Part shown: positions 24,934 to 38,372 of the stretch, one piece after another
Layout of the letters: each line of letters starts with the position of its first letter
Numbering within the stretch: the first letter of the stretch is position 1
Assembly (NCBI GenBank): GCA_030704615.1
Contig: CM060734.1
Coordinates: 22,320,001-22,384,000, forward strand
DNA: 64,000 bases
From: Takakia lepidozioides
Lineage: Eukaryota > Plantae > Bryophyta
Direction of reading: 5' to 3'
Notes under the pieces: generated by a model
Seen by the model: only the letters and a program-made list of their open reading frames with translations
Databases searched by the model: none
Told to the model about the DNA's origin: nothing
Made by a program: the position numbers and the translations under genes

Positions 24934-25859
24934 GATGTGTTTCTGAACTCCCTTTATCCACATAGGTTGAACATCATAGTTTGACATTATGAGCCTTCTG
25001 GTCATCATAGCATTTTGGTGGTGCAGTCCGTTCTTGCCATTATGAAGCAGTTAAGTATTGCTAATGATCATGACTGCAATATTTATGAGACAGTAAGACT
25101 GAACATAGTGGACTCTTTCTGTGTACTACTGTCATAAAATGTACATGTCTGCCAATTCTAAGTGTTATCATATCTTGTGTTATCATACCTGTGTGAAGTA
25201 CTAATTCTATGGGCTGCAGACAGTCTATTGGCTGCATTGGGCAGCAATTCCCGCAAAGGAATTTGAGGTTCAACTCCTCAATAGGCTTCCTCCTCAATTT
25301 GAGATCAATGTACCTACTTTCACTTTTATAAGATTTTTGTGGGACATGTATGATGCCTCCCTACTTGTACAAATTACCTGAACCGAAGCAAGGACAGGTG
25401 GAAGGCACAGATCTAACCCAAGTCTTCAGTTTTGAAATTGATCAACCTAATGAAGAGGGGAGAGAAAGTGAGAGGAATTGCTGACAGAAGTGATTGAAGT
25501 ACCTTCTTCGGGATCGGAGGATGTGCCATTGCATGTCGAAAACAAGAAAGAACGTCAACCAGACCAGAGGGTGTGCCACAGTTTGCCACCAACAATGCAA
25601 TTGAAAGGGGAACGGCCTACTGTTGAGAGCAGCAAATTTGGGTCAAGAGGGCCTGCAGCAAAGGGAACGGGTCTTGCTCAAGACCATTTATTGCAGCCCG
25701 CTGGAATGCAAAGGCTGAAATGGCCAAAGATGGTGGAGGTACTAGCTATGTTCAAATCACTATTGGTCAAACTGGGGCAGCTCAAGCCACTCTTTACTGG
25801 TGTGAGAGAAGAGAAGAAGAGTGGGTGCCTCATGTCTATAGAATTATCACAGATATGGG

Positions 25860-26450
25860 GGTCAGGTCAGCAAATGCACCAAGAAGGTGCAAAGCCAAGC
25901 AAGATCACCTTCCTGGGCATACCTACAGATGCATGCGCTAGCCCAGTAGACCTGGAACGGGGCAGGTAGGTCCACCAAGGCATAATCAAAACTGGATTTG
26001 AGGCAGATGTCCATGGGGGAACAGCCCTTGTCTATATGGATTGCAAGTGTGGGAGTCTGGAAAATGCACAACAAGTGTTTGACAGGGTGTTCAGCCAAGA
26101 AGCGGTCTCATGGAGTGTGATGATCACAGGATATGTCCAGCATATGTGTGGGATTGGGGCTCTGGAAACCTGTGAGCAGATGATGTGGGTGGCAATGAAG
26201 CCCAATCAGGTGTCGCCCTTTTGCGTTTACAATACATGTGCAAGCTGGGCAACCTTGGGAAGGGGCAAAGAGGTCCATGCTGATATCATGGGGGCTGGAA
26301 TTTTTCCAAGTACCAATCTGAACACACCCTCATGGACAGGTACGCCAAATAAGCGAGCATCAGAGATGCAAAGGGAGTGTGTGATTGTAGGGCTGAACGA
26401 GATGTGGTGTCATCGAATGCAATGATTGCAGGAAATGCTCAGCCTGGTCA
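25860..26450 (+). pseudogene. PLS-class pentatricopeptide repeat gene fragment
   Basis: QQMHQEGAKPSKITFLG..ACAS..LERGR*VH..GFEADV..GTALV.M.CKCGSLENAQQVFDR..VSWSVMITGY; stops and frameshifts. Confidence 0.85.
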
Positions 26451-26699
26451 TGAGGGAGGATCTGGAGAGTGGATCAGATCCATGCGCAAGGAGCCAGCGA
26501 GCTCAATCAGAGGTGCGACTTCGAAAGGAAGGGATGGGCATCACCAAGAGGGTGGGGTGGTGCATGATTCTGTTGTTGCTGGTATGGGTAGACATGAGAG
26601 GACAGATAAGAGTGCTTTGGTGGCTGGATCACAGGTACATATGATTGCCACAACATCAAACAGTCTGAGGCATGGTCAATGCAACAATGGTGGAAGGCG

Positions 26700-27680
26700 A
26701 GACACCCATGTCAACTCAAAGAAAAGCACTTGCTTGCACTACAGCAAAGAGAAAGGATACTATTCTAACATGAGGCCCAATCCTATGACGCTGCCAGAAG
26801 GCCAAAGTACAAGTCTGGGAACCTTGGATCATCCAGAGTCCAACCAGCCTGTTTACGCTTCTTTTAAAGAATTAACATATCTTGTGTATGTTGGATTTGC
26901 AGGTACTCTTATGAAAACAAAGCTAGGCAACAAGTATGCCTTGTTGTCCATTCACCATCAATCTGGAGAGGTGGGAGTCAGCCCAATGGCAGACCCAACG
27001 TCTTCCCTCACGTCTCAGTTTCTGGAAGGAGAGCTCTTGGTGCAACGTGGGTGCCCTGGAGTTATAGTTTCATGCGAAAGGGCAGAATGGAGTGATGAGT
27101 TTGACAAGATGTGTGAACAGTATGAAATCAGGCATGAGAGGGATGTTCCGCATTACCATGTGTTGATGGAATGGGTGACTGAAGCACTCAAGACAGGGTT
27201 GGCTGTGTTGGCAGAGTCAGCAGAGGGTGACTGGGAGAAAAGCTTTTGCTTGGCTCTCATGGGCCACATCCTATCCACGCAATTCGAGGCAAGACACCCA
27301 TCTGTCCATGTACCAGCAGAAGGGGTGCACATATCTATGGTGGACTGCTCTCGGAAAAAAAGACTGTTTATTCTTGGGATACAAGGACTGCAATGTCCAA
27401 GACCAAACAATGGAGGCAAAGCGAGTCTGGGAGCTGAAAGATGGCTCTGGCGAGGTATGGAGCAGGAACTGTTTTGAGCTTAAAATATTGTGCCTACTGA
27501 GTGTGCCTTATGACCCTGGAGGAAAGGCTGGTTGTGGTGCAAGCTCAAGGCTGGAGCAAGGGTTTGCAGTCAAGAGATGGCTTTGGCAAATTCTGGATCA
27601 GAAGCAGGCAAGACTTGGAGATTCCACCACATGGAGGGTCTTGGAGGATGAATCACTGCAGATGGAGGTTGGGGTGATGG
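26700..27680 (+). pseudogene. Highly degenerate Ty3-like integrase / 3'-end remnant
   Basis: GNKYALLSI..FLEGELLVQRGCPGVIVS..EFDKMCEQYEIRH..DWEK; ends LEDESL followed by purine tract GGAGGTTGGGG-TG. Confidence 0.5.
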
Positions 27681-28158
27681 CCATCATGGTGCGAGGAGGG
27701 AATGTATCTTTGTTGGTGCATTTCTGAAGGGACCAACGATGAGCACATCGTGAGGTTGTGTCCCTTCTGTGAACAGCTAAGTCCACTCTCCCTTACAACT
27801 GCCATCTTCTCGCAATTTCAAAACTCTACATAGAATGGCCATGAGCAAGTGTGTACTCCTGGAGTTTATGATCCTAGTAGGGATAGCGTGAAATGAAGGA
27901 ACCTGAGGTACTACCGATCATCATACAGAGAATCATGACATCCAAAAATTCATTGGGCCTGAAAAAACCAATAACTTTCTTTAAGGTTATTCATTGTCCA
28001 GTCGTGAGGTCCTTGGAAGAGTAAATTCTTTCTCTGCAAGCACTGCAGCATAAATAGGCAGCCATACAAGAGGGACTTCTTCCCCTCAATCCTACACAAA
28101 AGATTAGCTCCCTTATAGTAGCCCCCCTACACACCTTGGACTGCCCTATAATGCAAAC

Positions 28159-31100
28159 TTAGCAATACCCCTTCCAATGTTGGGGCTTCTTCTTCTTTTT
28201 TTTGTGCCGAGATTCAACATCTTGGCCAGAAGCACCCTGAACTTCTGACAAGTTGTTGCTGGGCTTGCCAGGAGCGGAATTTTGCGAGCGCAATGCATGA
28301 CCAGATGATGTTGATGGTGAATGTGGGCTGTGTGAGTGCTTGGACACAGCCTTCACAAGCCCGTCTGGTGTAATGGTGTCAACTGCAATTCCATCACTCA
28401 TTATGATAGGTGTAACGGAAGCACCCTGAACCTGGATTGCTAAGCCAGACTGTCTGGTATTGTCCCACTCACATGTCAATTTTTTTTCAGAGCAACAATC
28501 TTGCTTGAAGATCACATTTTTCCCCCCATTCTCCAACATCACTTTTGAACCATTGTATCATATGACCTTCTTGCTTAAAATTTGAACCTCACTACTACTA
28601 CTACTGTCACTCTCTGATTCAGACTTCTTGGTAGGTGCAAAATCCATACCCTTGCTTTCATGTATCTTTACCTTAACTTTTGTCTCAGGACTGCACTTCT
28701 CAATTTTTACTGTTGCCAAGAGTGGAGGAGGTGCGATTGCCAGGAGTGGAGGAGGTGTTGCCAGGAGTGGAGGTGTTGGCAGAGGTCCCGTCCTTGCATA
28801 TCCATCGGGATCCTTCAGTCTTGGTGGTGATGTACTACCCAAGATTGGGGTGAAAGCCGACCCAATGTTCTTGACTCCTTCAGCAGAGGCTGTTGTGGCG
28901 GTGTTCAATGGGAGGCTGTGCTCAGAAGTATTCGGAAACATGCCATGACCTGCACATAGGAGAATGGTCACATCAGAATTTCGGCCACGCTCCCTATGTT
29001 GTACAGCCAATCCTAAATCCACCTACAATTGAAATACTTCTAGGATTTGTGAGGGGTGACAGTAATACCCTCAAGCTCAGACTCCAGCCAGGAAGGGAAT
29101 GTCCGTTCATCACTGCTCTTTCGCCTCTTTCGATGGTGGCGGTGTTCTTTTCTATCACTCCTATGCTTGTGGTCCTTGTGCCTATCTTTCACCCCTTGAA
29201 CTGCTACTGGCTCCATGTAGGTGGGGGGGATTTCCCTCTGCAACCACTGTTTGCTCAGGTAATGGTGGAACCACACCCAATTTCCCGTCCTTGTTTGTCA
29301 ATCCCATGTTGACAACAGCTGTGGCCGCTAGTAGGGTGATAAGTGTTGGAGCCTGTGATAGGATTTCAGTGGGAGGAGGATGAAGCTCAGGTGGCATGTG
29401 GACTGCCTTAGGTGAGGCCTTCAGTCCTGACCTTGGTTGTCCATGCTCTGAGTGGCTGCTGTCTGAATCAGAGCCTGTGGAAGTGTATGAGCTCCTTTCA
29501 GATGAATGTGTGTTGACAACAGGTCCATGTGCCAGCTGGGTCTCAGGTTGTATCAGATCATCCCCACCACATGGAGTGTCCTTTTCAAATGTAAGTTGAG
29601 CCTGCAACACATTGGTAAGAGGTGGAATATGAAGCTCAGATGCAACTCCGCTGGAAGCTTCTTGCTTTGCTGGTAATCCATCACCTGCAATTAAATAACA
29701 ATGCACGTGGTTTAATTATGTTATGTCATTTCTCAATTCCTTGCAACCATGCCCACTCTCTAGTTATGCCAATCTATGTCAAAGGCTGTGCCCATCCTGA
29801 CCTGTAATGAAGCCTAAACACCATGCCATGTTAATGAAATGAAGGAAATGAGATCTATGAAAATGACATCATGGAATGGAAGGGAATGACATTATGACCT
29901 GAAAGGAGTGCCCTACATCAAGCATGACATTCAATGACATATTATACCATGACAAATTCTATGACACCCATGATACAATGAACCCAATCCCTTACATGAC
30001 CTGAAGGAACATGAAACTACAAGCAATGACACAACATGACGGAAAACAACCGTAAGCAACACTCATGACAAGAAATGAGATGCCAGACTTGTAGTACCTG
30101 AGGATTTGTAATGAGTTCATGAACTGGAAAGGAGTTAGAATTCCACACTAACGCCAGACAGCCGGAAAAGATCCTACAGTAAAGGAAATGAAGGACAATG
30201 GAAAGGGAGCAACATGACTTGCCATATTTCATAGGGCAGAAAAAAACTGGACTACTCTCATCGCTGTCCTTGGAAACAACTGAAGTTCATTAACCATACC
30301 TGGAAAGGGACCAGCATGACTTGCCAGAAATCATGTCAAAAAAAAATCATCGACTAATGTCATAGCTGACCTTGCATACGCCTAATGTTCATTGCTAACA
30401 ATCTGGAAAATGAGCAGCATGACTTGCCATAACTCATATGTAAATCTCACCTGAAGTTCAATCATCCCTGACCCTGCAAACACCTGAAGTTCATTGCCAA
30501 CATTCTGGTAAATAAATGAAAAACCCTTTGCAAGCACTAAAACACACAAGAAGGAAAATACCTTTCAGTTCATGTCGGGCCTTCCTCATTTGCATCCACC
30601 TTCGTCGTTCTGCAGGCACTTGAACAGCAGGGCTGGCCTTCACTTCAGGATGCATGGGGCCATACCCAAACGATTTCCACCATTCAGGATGGAGGAGTTG
30701 CCCACATGAAACACGGGCACACTTGTTTGAGCCCTGTAGATGCATTCCAAGATAGTAGGGGTGATATATGCATCTGCAGGATAGGGTCACCACATCCCAG
30801 TAAGGATACCATCCTTCGCAAAGAGGACATGCATTCAATGCAATGGTGGCTTGTGGCGTTGTCTGGCATGGTGGATGAAGGATGGGCATGGGCACGGTCT
30901 TTACATGTGTCCCATCCTTCATCTTCTGGATTTGTTCTGCCACACCCCAGCAATGCTTAGTCTCAGTTCACACAAACATCCACTGTTACAACCTGAATAC
31001 AAGGAGCTGACAAACAAAAAAGTGTACAGACCATATGTCACTACCTCACTATTGCCTAGAAAAATGATCCTATTACAGTGTATAGTATATCTTCAGTTTC

Positions 31101-33010
31101 CTGAAGGGCATGCTCTCTATTTCAAGTGTGTCGGATCACCACTCTATGGCAAAGGTTGTTGCTTTGAGATGGATCAGTTCTTGAGTGCAGATAGAGAATG
31201 AAAGTCAGAGTCACACAAAACTACGACCATACTTTTATGAGAATCTACCTGACAAATTAGAGGCAATCCCTGTATGCTTACACATTGGTACCGTACGAAC
31301 AATCAGAGTTTTCTGTATGAGCTCCAAGTGAGAGCCCAAAAATGTTGGTACAAACTTGTTTCCATATCATGTTAATTTCCATATCATGTTTGGGATCACA
31401 GACTTCTTTCCCCTTTCACACTGCACTAAGCAGGGGTGACCTCATTCACACAAATTTTGTGAAGTATATTTCACAATACAACATTAATTTCAATGGCAGA
31501 GCAACAAATTGTACTTTCCACGGCAAGAATGATGCCAGCATTACTATCACTGCCTAAATGGAATTCGGATACACAAACATTCGAGGGCATCAGCAAAAAT
31601 GATGAATGCGTAAGGGAAAGGTTCTCCTGGAAAGTACCACACAAACATTGCTTCTCCTTCTCGCAAACCTCCTTGACATGTGTTGCCTTCGAAATTCGAA
31701 TTTGCTGGTCTTCGAGAAGACTAGAGGCATCTTTATAACTTCCCTCGATCTCCTGCACATGCTTAAGGTAAAAACGTTGCAAGACCATTGCCTCTGCCAA
31801 TTCGCTTTGTAGTTGGGCAACACATTCAGTTTGGGAGTGCAAGCTTTTCCGAATTGTCTCCGCCTGCACCTTTAAGTCCACAATTTTTCCAGCATTAGGG
31901 TCATGGTGCCTTAGAGCCTCCTGCAAAACACTTTGGCATTGCTCCAGCCGCCTGCCTGTGTCTCTCTGGGCGGATTCTCGAGTATGGAGCTCCGACTTTT
32001 TGGAGTTGAAAGCAACATTCTCACGCTCCATCAGCGATTGTCTATCCCGCATCTGAGTTCACAACACCTTGACCTTCTCCAGTTCAGTATCATGTATACC
32101 AGTGTAGTTCTGGATCTTCTTGTTTGCAGCCTCAATTTCCTTCTCTTTCATGGCCACCAACTCTTGTATGTTCTCAATCTCTGTGTTCAGTAGTGTGGAG
32201 AACCGGGAGTGGTGGTCGATGGGACTTGACCGGTTGACAATGTTGACTGCAACTTTTGGTGGAGGTTGTCGAGTCATGCCAGACCCACCTCGGGCCACTT
32301 CTTGGTTCGCCTTAATTCAGACAAAAATGCATTTTGTCTTTCCATGATCCCTGGACAGGAAGGCTCACGAGAGGTGACATCTTTGTACTTCGCAGCTTGC
32401 ATCTTGCTAGTTTCCACTGCAAACCTTGCCCAATCAATCAACACTCCACTGTTCCGCTGAGCCACAAATCCTTTGGCAATTTGGAGACCCAACACATTGT
32501 TCTGGACGGTGGCCCGCAGGTATATCCTTGTATACAGCTCCTCCACCTCCCTCCTCAACAGTGTATTGTGATTGTTCTTGTACTTGAATCCATTCCGATC
32601 TTTTGGGCCCCACAATTTTACACAGTCGGAGTAAGTTGAGTACTTGTCGTTATCTCCAGCAAAGTCTTTTCTAGGGTCCAACCCTACACTGCAGAGCTTC
32701 ATAACATCACAAAAATACCACAATGGGTATCCCTGGAGACCTACGGTGAAGAAATCAAAATCCGGAGCTAAGACTTTTTCCATGATCTCAGGACCTACAG
32801 TGTCGTCCATGTCGTCGTTGACATCCATAAAGTCGGTTGGTTCACAATAGGCGCAGTCACCACGCCTTTTGCAACTCTCACACACTAGATACTTGCAGAT
32901 TGTCTCTGTCACGACTAGGCCACAATAGCAATCTCTCCGTGTATCGAATTGTCGAGCATTCAACCTGAGCGCATATATGCGCGGCATATTTCAGCCCATC
33001 GCTCCATCAG
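28159..33010 (-). pseudogene. Multi-exon accessory gene of the Sola2-like element: Cys-rich N-terminus, helical domain, coiled coil, RING-like finger, low-complexity tail
   Basis: 32274-32987 (CYC..CESCKRRGDCAYC; IDWARFA); 31471-32298 coiled coil; 30491-30943 CPLC..SCRCIYHPYY..CARVSC; frameshifts and stops present. Confidence 0.65.
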
Positions 33011-36000
33011 GACCCCTACGCGCTATAGTCAGCTCTGGAGTACTTTTCCCACTTCAGATATTTCCAGTGAAGATATCGGAGAGTGCTAATTTGAAAACCC
33101 TCACACAACAATGAACCCTGGGCCAAATGTTTGTTGGATCTACAGAAGTAGAATGACTATACTAACATAAGAAGGACCTTTCATACTCTAAACACACTAT
33201 GACTACGTAGGAAAAGAGATGATAAGCATGCACACTGTAGACAGACTGCAGGGAGAAGTCGAAGGACGGTGGTGAAGAGAGACGAGTCCAGCAGCAAAGA
33301 GTGGAGTCACCGCCAAAAGAACGTCTAATTCGGACGCTCACGAGCTGCAATGAAGTGTGTCTGGGACGTGGCCTGTTGCCATTCGATCATCATCATCTTC
33401 ATTACCTAGAGTCGTAGGTTTTCATGTCACCTGTAACCACCGGTGGTTGTCATCCCGCGAGCGCCGCGAACGGCATTTTAAGTCTGCTCGACTCACATGG
33501 ACTTAAGAAGACAAGGCTGGCATGCGCTCAAAGATTTGAGGGCTCATTACTGTCGTCTCTCTCACCTTTGTACTCATTTGCATGGAGCTCCACTTCAGCT
33601 TCCATGGCGGTTGGAGCATGTAACGTACCAGCGCTGTGAAAAGGACTTGCGATTTGGAGCCATACAGATTTCATAAATTTTTTTGTAAGGATTCATTATA
33701 ACGTCCAAGGATGAAATTTGCAAAAGATCATTGGTCATTGTTATATATATATATATATATATAAAATTCTTTTTAAATCAAATTTAATTCAAATGAAATC
33801 AACCAGGAAAAACGATGAATATGTGCATGAGGGGAGGCTCAGGTCATGCAATTTAGTACATAGTGCTTTTATATGCTTGGAGCCTTACACTTTCTCTTAA
33901 GACATTGTGTCATTTTGACAAAGATTTCATGTCCTTTTCGTTGGCGCTCAAAAGGTGTCATTACATGGAACAAATTGGTTAGATTATTTTCTAGTAGAGG
34001 GTCATTGCACCCAAGGATCCTCTAAGTCCATCATGAAGTAGTACCTAGACATCTAAAGCCTAGATGGAGTCAATGTACATGACAATTAGGCTACATCTCC
34101 AAGTCCTATCAACATCCTCTAGTGTGTTATGTTTAATTGATGGAATTGTTACATCACGCAAAAGGACTTTGCATGACAGCCTAATCTTGGTCAATTTGCA
34201 ATCTGTAAAGTGATTTAGAATCTTTGTCATATATGTAACAGTTTTGTGGTGTTATATTCCTACTTCAGATTCAAAGAAGAAGTATACATAGTCCTTGATT
34301 GCATACATCTATTACTGTAACAGCAAAATGAGACACCCGAACATGCTTTGACCCTACTATCATTCCAACAACTTTATCTATTTCCAGCCCCTCAATTCGT
34401 CTGAGCACTACTAGTTGCAACCACATCTTGTTGAGCTCCTGGTTTTTAGCAGATCCCTCACGAAATATGCACAAGGACTTACTAAAGCTACTGATTGCCT
34501 GGCCGTGTCACACATAAATTGTTATCAGCTGCGGTTGCAGGGATACCCCATGGATACATATGCACTCCCCATGCAGAATCTCTTCGCTGCTTGTGTCATA
34601 TTATGCGTTAGACAGCCCCCCCACCTGTCCAGACTTGCCTCATGCTCCTGGAAAGTCACCACTATCATCCCTAGGCTATCCTGCAGTGTGCTCTTTGACT
34701 CTTTCTTTCTGAAAGTTACTATGGCAAAACAGCTCGATTGTCCCAGGTGCCATCTCTCCTGTTTGTACCCCTATTTTTCCCAGCTACATATCTATTATGT
34801 CATCGTTGTTACTGATTTGAAGACTGACCTTGTTGTCCTGCATAGGGTCGTCACTGGAAGGGCTACACACCAGGTACTTGTCCACATGCCCTCACAAACA
34901 AGGCAAACTTGTCACCGACAGACAGATACCCACCAAGAGCATATGCCCTGCGAAGCTGCCCCGCCATCTCGACCACTACCACCAACTACTATATGTTGCA
35001 GGCAGCTAACACCCTCAGATTCTACTGATGCCCCACCAAGGGAAGCCTCGTACCCTCATGTCCATTATGTTGATTATGCCTTTTTCCGCTCCTGCATAAA
35101 CCTCTACCAGCAGCATATCAGAATTGGGTATTTTTTATGGTGCTATAAAGAGCAAAGCCATAACCAAGAGAAACATAGAAAGGGAGTAGACCTCGAGCTG
35201 GGGAGTGGTTGTAGGCGTTGGTGAGGGGCCAATAGTCGTTCCAAACATGGTGTCACTAGCAGATGAAATGCCCTTTGGTAGAGGACTTAGGTTGACATCC
35301 ATGTTGTGACACTCCACAAGAATGTCTAACCATTTAGGATTGGTGGTTCTAGAAATATACATGCTCTCTCCAATATCAATTAATTGATGAGATAGTAGAT
35401 AAGGTGGGGGATGTGGGAGAGGAGACAATTGAGACACTAGCTCAGTATTAAACAAGTCTATGAACTGGTGAGTGAAGGGTGTAGCCAGATGTAGAATTGA
35501 TGCACCGCAGTTGTTTGGTGTGAGCGGGGGAGCGAGCAGTGTCGGAGTAGTGCATGTACGAGGCGGTAGGTAGGTACTTCTCCAATCTGCAAAAAAAAGT
35601 GGAGTGAGATAAATGTACAACTTCTATGGTAAGAGGGGCAGCTGGCTGGGAGCATAACCAATGGTGGGGGGGAACCCAGACACCAGAGAGATGACTGCAG
35701 GGGCCAGGCCCAACTTTGGGAGTGCTGTAATGAGTGGTGCAGTTTGGATAGAAAGGGGAACCATTAGGGAGCTGATAAGGTTGCAGTGCAGCCTGTTGAT
35801 TATCAAGAGTGAAGGCCACGGTAGATGACCAGAGCTCAACTTGGCAAGTGACTCCATTCCAAAAGCAGCTCTCCCCTCTGCCACCTGGTGGAATGTCAAC
35901 ATACCGATGGCTACTCCACCATCCACGCCACTAGCTCCCCCAATTTCTCCATGAACCACGATGTCACATGACCACGATGTCGTTTGCATAACATATCCTA

Positions 36001-36567
36001 ATTATGCTACGCTCGGCACTACACAACTAGTTTGCTTTCTGTATATGAAGTTGCCTGGCTACGATCAAGTCATATTTTTTGAATATTACATTTTTATTCA
36101 CCCATATGGGGTGCACTTACTTCTGGCTAAGACCCAGTACAATATCCTCACATCATTTCCTCACACTACTTCCTCACACTATTTACTCATGTCACTTCCT
36201 CACACTACTTCACCAAACTGCTGATACACCAGCATACACTCATCGCATGATTAAAATGGCGCGCCCCCTTTCTCTATGTCTGATACTGTTACACAATCTT
36301 ACACAAAACACATCCACTGATTATCACAATCATCTCTGGTCAGCAATCCCCCACCTACCACACATTCAACAACACTCCATTAGCTCAGTGACCTCCCCCC
36401 ACCGGAGGCCAAATGCTCAAAGCCTTCAGCACCCACTGCATAATCCCTCACATCACACACCCCTGCATCCCTACTTTCCCACATACATTCCAAGTTCAAC
36501 AACTTTCACAACAACAATAACCCTCATTTTTTTTTAACCCTACTCACAGCCCATAATATACATATAC

Positions 36568-36944
36568 TGATAACGGCTAAGTGTCAGTGCCATGAGGGCA
36601 GGACAACTGAAGCCAAGAGGGTACATGGCGGGTAGTGATTTACTTCACACTACCTGGCCACGAGGCAGAAAAGGCTAAGTGCTCGGCACTTAGCAGCAGC
36701 GAAGCACGAGACACACTACCACGAGGAGCAGTAGTGGGTAGTGTAGCAGCCGTGGGCCGTGAACCACGATGTCACACGACCACGGTAGCATAGGCTTTAC
36801 TAGTAGAAGGAGTAGTGAGGGACCGTGGGCCGTGTACCACTAAGGCATACAACCACGAGCCACGACCACGACCACGGGCCACTTTTTTGGCAAACCTTTT
36901 AGGTTGCGTAAGTAGTTAGGCAACGGTCATTAACGACCGCAGGC
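36568..36944 (+). mobile_element. LTR family 1, 5' half (broken by an inversion)
   Basis: Starts TGATAACGGCTAAG like 6855 and matches that LTR up to ...GACCGCAGGC. Confidence 0.85.
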
Positions 36945-36945
36945 C

Positions 36946-38372
36946 TTCACTTTATATCGTGGTGTATCTAAACTAGACCTTGGAGTTGATCCCTCTTTTG
37001 TTGGATGTGCAGATATTGGTGTTTGAGGCATATTGTTCTGTGAAGAGAGGGTCTACATTCAAATTTCGCAACGATGGTCGTCTTGTTGATGCCACTGTGG
37101 ACCCTGTTACCTACAATGTCCTCTACAACTATGTGCCCCACTCCAGTATGCCGAAGGACACAAAGACAGGCAAACCGTGGCGGTACAGCCGGACCCGGAG
37201 CCCTGCTTTCATCCAAACCCTCATGGAGACGTGCTCCGATTTCCAAGGGCGGATTCTTGACCTCACATGCAGCACGGGTAAGCCTTCACGTGCACAATAT
37301 GTCCCCTGGCCCGATTGCAATTGCATGCCGCATGCTACTAACCGCCCGCTTTGTCCCTCAGGTGCTTCAATGTGGGCTGGGACGTTGTTTGACAGGCATG
37401 TCTTCGCCTTCGAGCCAGATACTGCCCTGCACAACTCCGAACTTGCAACGGCTGAACGTCTGCCGAAAGAGGAAGAGGCATCCTCGGAGGATGAGGAAGA
37501 ATTCGAGAAGGAGCAGGGGGAGGTACAAGTTGGGATCGAGGGCAAGGAGCCCCCGGTTTACGAGTGAGTGGTCGCATTGTAAGTTGCCTCCTGATTTCGT
37601 GAGGCACCTCCCTTCATTGAAAGACCCTTTCTGCTTCTGCTGGTATTGACATTCTTGAAGTGGATTTGTTCTTACTATAGGATGCCAAGTACTGCAGGAG
37701 GGACGTCTACACCGCAGTTCATGGGCAGGTGGAACGTGCTTTTTTTTGCCAGGGGGGATTTCATGCCGAGTCCAAAAAGGGACTACATCCTTCCTACTTA
37801 TGCTGCCCGGCTTGCTTTGGTGTCCATTAGGAGGTCTTCTGAACCTAGTCGTGTACAGCAGATTTTAGACGAGGCAAGCATCAAGAAAATGAAGATGAGG
37901 GAGGAGGCAGCAGCTATTAGAGCCCGTTAGGCTCATAGATTTGTCTTGGATTCTGCTGAGGAAAGTGGGGGAGAAGAGGCAGAAGATTCCCAGGAGGTGA
38001 GGTGGACAGACCCCCAAGGAGAGGACGGTATTTTTGAGAGGCATAGTGGAACTGATGCATCTCAGAGCTCGGAGGATGGGAGGGATGAGGGGGATGAGGA
38101 GGAAGGTGGGGCAAGTTCCTCGGAGGGTGTAGGAGAGTAGTGCCCATTCCGGCTATGACAGTTAGGACACACTTGTATAGATGTGGCTTGCCACAAAATT
38201 TGCAATAAAATGTTGCATTTCATTGCTATGACAAGTCCAGTGGTGCCACATTTCGGCTTCGAATGACCCTATTTCCGTGCCTCCTAACCCTATTTCCGTG
38301 GACACACAATTGTCCGCTCATGCTTTTTTTTTTTCCGCTCATGCTCATGCCGCTCATGAAATAGCAGCCCCC
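36946..38372 (+). mobile_element. 3' part of Mutator-like copy A2 (last three accessory-gene exons and TIR)
   Basis: Near-identical to 14182-15597, including the terminal GCTCATGAAATAGCAGCCCCC. Confidence 0.92.

Larger units (their letters stand above)
20237..34354. mobile_element. Large Sola2-like DNA transposon (14.1 kb), non-autonomous
   Basis: 29-bp TIR GGGTCAAAGCATGTTC(A/G)GGTGTCTCATTT with one mismatch; 4-bp TSD TACT at 20233-20236 and 34355-34358; GRG..CYC termini with a 4-bp TSD fit Sola2. Confidence 0.82.

Noticed and set aside
20301-34364. Alternative boundary with 9-bp TSD ACTATCATT and 7-bp TIR AGGGTCA (MULE-like)
   Set aside because: The 29-bp TIR starting at 20237 with a 4-bp TSD is far stronger; the 9-bp match is treated as coincidence.
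35951-35980. ~25-bp match to the family-1 LTR (GAACCACGATGTCACA.GACCACG)
   Set aside because: Too short to call as a feature; possibly repair filler.
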